Of a DNA stretch of 64,000 nucleotides, positions 57,640-64,000 are shown in pieces. The stretch lies in NCBI RefSeq assembly GCF_009914755.1, contig NC_060927.1. One strand, 5' to 3'. A model generated the notes under the pieces. The model did no database searches, was not told the DNA's origin, and worked only from the letters and a program-made list of their open reading frames with translations. The position numbers and the translations under genes are program-made. Numbering within the stretch: the first letter of the stretch is position 1; each line of letters begins with the position of its first letter. The stretch is from the human T2T-CHM13v2.0 reference genome, Homo sapiens.

Positions 57640-57962
57640 CCCATCAGAATGCTGACCTCCTGCCTTGTTCTTTGTATGTTCAGCTCCTTTGAATACTTCA
57701 GCCTTCAGTTAAAAGTCATCTGCACTGAGAGCTGTTTCCTTACCCCTGGATTGAAAATACACTTTTACTTGTTCTTCTCCATGCGGACCTTTCTTAGAAC
57801 TTGTTATTTTTCATGTATTTTTAAGTTGTGTGCATTGTCTCTTTTCCAATGGCATGCATGCTCTATAAGAGCAAGGGGATCTTTGACTCCCCACTGTAGC
57901 CTGTCACCCAGCACAGGATTTGTATATAATAAGTGCTCAAAATAAATATATCTTAAATAAAT
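57640..57962 (+). mobile_element. L2 3' fragment
   Basis: cccagcacaggatttgtatataataagtgctcaaaataaatat. Confidence 0.6.
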
Positions 57963-58155
57963 GGATATTTGACAAAAGTAATTTCTGGATGCTATTAGAG
58001 CATGTACCCAGAAAATAATTATTTGAACCCAAAGTGGCCACAAGTATCAGATACGCACTCATTTATAACTCTAGTATATTGTCCTTAACATTGCTCTTTG
58101 AAAGCCATTTTCAGTCATTTTATATTTTCAAGTAGTTTTTTAAAAAGTGATACTA

Positions 58156-58234
58156 TTAGTTTGGTGCAAAAGTCATTGCGGTTTTTGCCATACTTTTAAT
58201 GGCAAAAACCGCAATGAATTTTGCACCAACCTAA
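58156..58234. mobile_element. MADE1 (Hsmar1 mariner MITE), palindromic, with TA TSD
   Basis: ta|ttagtttggtgcaaaagtcattgcggtttttgccat-actttta-atggcaaaaaccgcaatgaattttgcaccaacctaa|ta. Confidence 0.96.
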
Positions 58235-58945
58235 TACCTTTGACCAACACACAGACACCCACACATACATATGAACACACACATTTATTTTATAGCATTA
58301 TTAGTAAAATATTGATATTATTTAATTGGTTTACCTTTTCGAATGCCTACATCCAAAGATAACACAAAATATGCAATAGTTTAAGTCACAATTTTAGTTT
58401 TCACTGGAAAGAACCCAAATAATATTATAACTACTATCAAAAGGAACTCTCGTATTCATATCTACATGGCCTATGTAATATCAACTCCAACTGTTCACAG
58501 ATCACTGTCATCAGTATTGATAGTAATAAAAATAAAAATATATCAGAATATTTACTCTCATGAGAAACTGTATTAGTTTCCCAGGGCTGCTATAACAATT
58601 TACTACAAACTGGATGACTTAAAACAACAGAATATATTTTTAATTGTTCTGGAGGCTAGAAGTCTGGAATCAAAATATTGGTGGGGCCATACTCCCTCTG
58701 AGGATTCTAGGGAAAATGTTTCCTTTGCCTCTTTCTAGCTTCAGACAGTGGCTGGAAATCCTTGGCATTCCCTGGCTTGTAGCTATGTCACTCTCATTTT
58801 TGTCTCAGTCTTCACAAGGCCTTATTCACAGTGTGTGAGCATTTTCCTGACCACTTTATGAGGACACTAATCATTAGATTTACAGTCTACCCTAATCAAT
58901 ATGTCCTCATCTTAATGTAACTAATTATATCTGCAAAGACCTTTT

Positions 58946-59296
58946 TGAAGCACGGTATTTCCCCGACCCGGTCGCATGATGCGTGACAGGGGTGCCTTGT
59001 TTACTCAGCCCACCTCTCTCAACTCCTAACAGGAGGGAGTGCGTAAGTGAACACAGCGGTAACTGGAGTCAGAAGCACTGGAACCGGCTGGCTGTTTCGG
59101 TGCCTGCAGGATCAAACTCTATTCACTCGCACCCACTGCGTTCCACCCACCGTGAGAGGGAGTGCGCAGGTGAGTGGGTGCAGGAGCCACAGCAAGCCCT
59201 TTTGGGCGCCTGCAGGAGCTAACTCCGTTCAGGCCCCTCAGCAGCATCCAAGCAGGATGCATGCAACTTCCGAAGTCCCCGAGGGCATGTTACAGC

Positions 59297-59333
<37 letters not shown>

Positions 59334-60230
59334 ATACTTTAAGTTCTCGGATACATGTGCAGAAGGTGCAGGTTTGTTACATAGGTATACACGTGCCATG
59401 GTGGTTTGCTGCACCCATCAACCCGTCATCTTCATTAGGTATTTCTCCTAATGCTACCTCTCCCCTAGTCCCCTGACAGGCCCCATGCGTGATGATCCCC
59501 TCCCTGTGTCCATGTGTTCTCTCACATGTGAGAGCATGTGGTGTTTGGTTTTCTGTTCCTGTGTTAGTTTGCTGAGAATGATAATTTCCAGCTTCATCCA
59601 TGTCCCTACATTGCTCTTTTCGCTCTGCTGTCTGCGGATGGCTTAAGTGTTAACAGCTCAGTAGGCCCTTTGCCTTTTTGCGTGAGGAGGCTGCCCTCCA
59701 CCAGCAAGGGCAAAAGGCCAGTGTGATAGGCTTTTGTATCCACACTTGTGGCTCCCAAGCTCTTGTACAGCATCCATGAAAAATGAGGTTGCACGAACGA
59801 ATTGAAGGATGGTAAATGCGGGGGATTTTATCGCTGGCGAAAGTGGCTCTCAGCAGTAACGGGAGCTGAAAAGGAGATGGGGCAGGTAGGTAATCTTCCC
59901 CTGAAGTCTGGCCATCTCGGGCCAGATTCATTTCTGAAGTTACGCCGTCAAGCTGTCTCTCTGAAGTCAATCTGCTTCTCTCTGAAGTCCAGCCATAGTC
60001 CCCAATGTCCAGTTGCTTCTCTCTGCCAGCTGAGTGTGGGGTCTTTCTAGGCACAGGATGGGAGTGGGGTGGGCCATGGGTAGTTTAGGAAAAGACAGCA
60101 TTCAAGCAGGAAAACAGGGATAGAAGTTCTAATTTTGGGCCGTGGTTTCAGGCTTTTTGGCTTGATGGTGGGGTTTCATTGTGGACCCTCCCTTTTCTTC
60201 CTAGAATTGCTCTGCCCTCTGTCCCTATCA
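58946..60230 (-). mobile_element. ERV1 solo LTR (LTR1/LTR27/LTR28-like) inserted in MLT1
   Basis: TG...CA termini; the reverse strand begins tgatagggacagagggcag; GC/CpG-rich; TSD ctttt/ctatt. Confidence 0.78.
59301..59606 (-). mobile_element. 5'-truncated L1PA (about PA6-7) 3' end inserted in the LTR
   Basis: T29 followed by aattatactttaagttc...ccagcttcatccatgtccc; TSD tacagcgctctttt/tacattgctctttt at 59291-59304 and 59607-59620. Confidence 0.92.
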
Positions 60231-61248
60231 CTATTTCCAAGTAAGGTTACATTCCGAAGTTTTAGGTGGACATGAATTTCTATTTCAGGGGAGGGGATGC
60301 ATTACTCAACCCAGTAGAGTCTGCCCTCTGGCCTCAAAAATCCACGTCCATCCCATGTGCAACACAGCCCAACATTCCCAAAAGTCTTAACCCATTCACG
60401 CATCAACTCTAAGTCCAAAATCTCATTTAAATATGTTTGGTTCAAAAAGCTTCAAATCTTATCATCTGAATCAAGGATGGCCAAGACTCTGGGTGTGATC
60501 TATCCTGGGGCAAAATGTCTTTTCATCTGTAAATCTGTGAAACTCTTAAATGAGCTATCTGCTTCCTAAACACAATGCTGGGATAAGTATAGGATAGGCA
60601 TTCTCATTCTCATAGCGGGAAACTGGAAGGAATAAAGGAGCTGCTTGTCACAAGCAAGTGTGAAACCCAGTAGGGAAAATTCCACTGGGTTTCAAGGCCT
60701 GAGAATAATCCTCTGTGGCTTGATGTTCAGTCCTATGAATCTGCAGATTCCTGGTCAGCCCTGTCCTACGTTCTCTTCCCCACCAACTCCTACCTCCCTC
60801 GTACCCCTTGCTCAGTGAAATCGTACTCATTTTTCAGTCTTAGTTTGACTGTTAGTTACGTATTCTAATGTAGATGAGTTCTCTTTTTATAAATTATCAT
60901 ATAAACGTTCATTCTTATCTTTGCTTACTAGAAATTATAAAGTTGAGTAATTTCACAAATAAATTAATCCTTGTTCCCCCAAGCAGGATTCAAAGGAGAA
61001 CAGGAGAAGCATATGTCTTATTTGCTGTTACATCCCCAAAGCATAGGTCTATGCTTGCCACATCCTAGGCTCTCAGGAAATATTTATTGAATCAATAAAT
61101 AAGATGGAATTCTGTCTTAAAAGAAAACAGTAGGAGTTTTGTGCCTTTTGAGTTAAAATAATGTCATGGGCAAAATACCTGATTTCATATTGAAGTTCCA
61201 AAGAGTCATTAAGAATATTAATGAAATGAAAATGTACTCTTATGCTTT

Positions 61249-61323
61249 AAATATTTTTCATTAATTTTTGTGGGTATATAGTAGGTGAATATATTTATAG
61301 GGGATATTAGATGTTTTGATATA
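61249..61323 (-). mobile_element. About 75-bp L1MA 3' terminus with 13-bp TSD
   Basis: aatttttgtgggtatatagtaggtgaatatatttatagggg; TSD actcttatgcttt at 61236-61248 and 61324-61336. Confidence 0.8.
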
Positions 61324-62494
61324 ACTCTTATGCTTTTAATGTAGTAATTTTAAGATTCCAGACAGAATTGCAGACATTTAAAAATTTTAACATATCCTTT
61401 GGAAATTGATTAAAAATTAAAAATTATGTTCAGCAACAATATAGAGAGACTCTCCCATAGGTGTTTTGGCCTAATATAATTTTTGTTATTATCATCATTT
61501 TCTACTGTAAGTGCATCTCTGACTTATAATTGTAATAAATAAAAAATGCAACAAATCTTCTTTCCAAAGCTACATTTCCCAAAACTGGTGTCATAGAGCA
61601 TAGCATTTATTTAGAGAGGCATCAAGAAAAATGGGGAATCCCTGACCACATAATTTTGGGAAATGTCATATTCAATATCCTCCTTCAACAATTAATTTTC
61701 ATGAAGTTCGTTAGGTGATATAAATAGCTCTGCGTAGTTCTACAGAAAAAAAGTTATTTTCTAAAAAATGTTGCTCCTTCAAAAACTTTTATTTTAATAT
61801 TTTTTGTAAATATCTTGATACACCATTATTTTATAAAATAATTTTGGCAAAATATGTAATGCAAAATGTGATATGGCTTTTATTATTTAAATTAATTTAT
61901 ATTCTCATTTAGGATAAAGCAGTTTAACAATGCCTTCTTTCAAATAAATATAATCTGATTTCTTGTTATTTCTGTTTATTTGCTGAAATTATAATTTCAG
62001 AGAAAAGTGTAGCAGAACCAATTGCTTAATTTCTGACCCAAGTGCAGACAGCAAGGAGTAAGCAATGCATCACTCCTTTTGTCATGTGGACATTATGAAA
62101 TTTAGTACATTCTCGGTAACTGTCAAGTCCTGAGAATGAGCACTGGTTAGATACCTGGGCAACCTTCTTTTTGTACCCTCTTCCTCCATGTCAAGTTTCT
62201 CTGCCTTTGGGGAATGTGATACTAGGAAAAAATTTCTGTAAGATATACACAAGGTAATTTCTATTTCTCATTTCTACTTTAAAAAGTTTTAGGATTTGAT
62301 TGAAAATTTGCTTAGGAACTTGTTGTTACTCAGGATTTTCCAGTCTGGCGGACACTACCAGAAGATATATAAACACAATTAAATTCCTAGCTTAGCTCTG
62401 AGCTCTGTCTTCTGGACTTCAAGATAATCCAGAGAGACGCAATCCTACCAAGACACTCTAAACTCATTGAATAATAAAAATAGCATAAAGTATG

Positions 62495-62680
62495 AACCCA
62501 TTTAATATTCATAAAAATTCTATGAAGTGGGCATTTGTATTGATTTCATTTTATAGATAAAGAAACTGAAACCTACAGTTCAAGTCACTAGTCCTAGGTC
62601 ACACAGTTACTAAGTGAAACAGATGAGATTTGAAACCAGGTCAGCTGGTTCCTTACTCTTAATTACTCCACCTTACAGCC
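62495..62680 (-). mobile_element. MIR
   Basis: cattttatagataaagaaactgaa...ggtcacacagttactaagtg...gatttgaaaccaggtc. Confidence 0.78.
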
Positions 62681-64000
62681 ATCATGTTCATTGGAAACTA
62701 TTGTTTTATTGAAGCCAGCTTAGTTCCCAGGTAGCTGAATTTATCTTCACATTATTAGACTTTAAAGAGTTCTGTTTCACATTTTAGTGTGTCAGTGTTG
62801 AATTGAGGATTTAAATTCAATTTTAGCATAACACATAAATCAGTGAACTTCAATTACTACAGATTTTGACTAAAAGTCTTCTGATTTTTTTAAAGTAAAT
62901 ATTTATAAATTAACTCTCAATTTTTCTCCAACCCTAAGAATATAACTTTTCTTACATAAGTAGCATATTCGGTCATCATTGGTAATTTTAATGCTTTCTT
63001 TATGTTTCTTTATCCTTTATGCTGTATATTTTTATGTTCTCCTTTGATCTCTATAATTCTTCTGATATTTCTGTTCGGACTATAAACAATTGGTTTTATT
63101 AAAAAATAATCATTTACAAAAACAATTCAATAACAAATGAGTAGACACACAAATTAGCAGTGAAAAATATGATCACATACCAAATACAAAATAACATTCT
63201 CAAAACCCATTTTAATGTGTTCAAATACAATTTTCTTCAGAAATAGAAATTCACCAATTCAACCTTGAAAGGGCTAAAACCTCTGAAAGTCAATGACTTA
63301 AAAAAAATTTCAAATAGTATTTCATTAAAAAAATGAAATTGTCTAATGTTTTCTACCACTTCTCATATTATGCTTGGATGCATTTTTCCTCAGAGAGCAT
63401 AAGACAATTTGCAGAGTATAAGCAAACTGAATGAATAGAAATCAGATTCTTTCTAAGGCAGAGCTAGAAAGGAAATAGGATAAAACATGTAACAGAAGGT
63501 GAGTGAAAACAAATCAGGAGCAGTGGGTAAAGTAAGCTTACCTTGCCAAATGTTCCATTATAAAAGTTATAGTATCAATGATAGAAACTTTAGGAAATTT
63601 AAGATGGCGGACATCCTTACAATTTTCTTTGTAAGTACATTTAAAAAAGATGTCTGTGTACTTCAATTGGAAGGGAATGAGGGTTGACTCAAAGCATATA
63701 ATTAATTATCCTTGGCTATTTTACACTGTGGCTAATTCAGATGTTACTCTCTCAGGAAGACAGGGAGAAACTTGATTTATTTTGTCTGGAATCCTATTCT
63801 TATTAAAAAAGAAAGGCTTAGGCATCTACTGACTGACACAAGTCACAGCCCTGCCATTCCCCCTGGAAGCCAGGAAGCAGAATAGCAAAGAAAGGGTGTT
63901 TCTAAATGAACATTAAAAGCCCTTCACCATGGAGGAAGCTACATTAAAGGTAACGTCTTGGCAAGGAAATATTGCTGTTTAGCTATTTTTTTTTAAATTA

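Larger units (their letters stand above)
58569..60735 (-). mobile_element. MLT1 (ERVL-MaLR) LTR (58569-58945 plus 60231-~60316) followed by MLT1 internal sequence to ~60735
   Basis: tgtattagtttcccagggctgctataacaa...atctgcaaagacc resumes as ctatttccaagtaaggttacattc after the insert. Confidence 0.85.

Overview
This window is AT-rich human genomic DNA; two near-consensus AluYa5 elements point to human origin. It comes from the EPHA3 receptor tyrosine kinase gene on the + strand. It contains one coding exon, the 661-bp exon at 5897-6557 (exon 3 by recalled gene structure), which encodes most of the ephrin ligand-binding domain and the start of the Cys-rich region. About 5.9 kb of upstream intron and about 57 kb of the long downstream intron flank it. 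All other long ORFs in the track are explained by microsatellites, Alu, L1 or LTR sequence, or chance. The intron holds Alus of J, S, Y and Ya5 age, L1PA and L1M fragments, L2, MIR, MER20, MER5A, MER58A, MADE1 and MaLR/ERV1 LTRs. I found no convincing new gene or multi-gene system. The best-supported unusual structures are read directly from the sequence: a triplicated target site from Alu-then-L1 insertion at one nick; a twin-primed L1; a perfect 68-bp tandem duplication abutting an L1PA2 target-site duplication (TSD); two ectopic local duplications; a three-Alu array in which two Alus share a private 24-bp duplication; and a MADE1 hairpin with a compensatory change. More speculative, testable RNA-processing hypotheses around the exon are a circRNA with a junction-spanning ORF, an intronic-polyadenylation secreted decoy, recursive splice sites and a 6-nt microexon. 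Repeat subfamily names come from recalled consensus sequences, and boundaries of old repeats are approximate.
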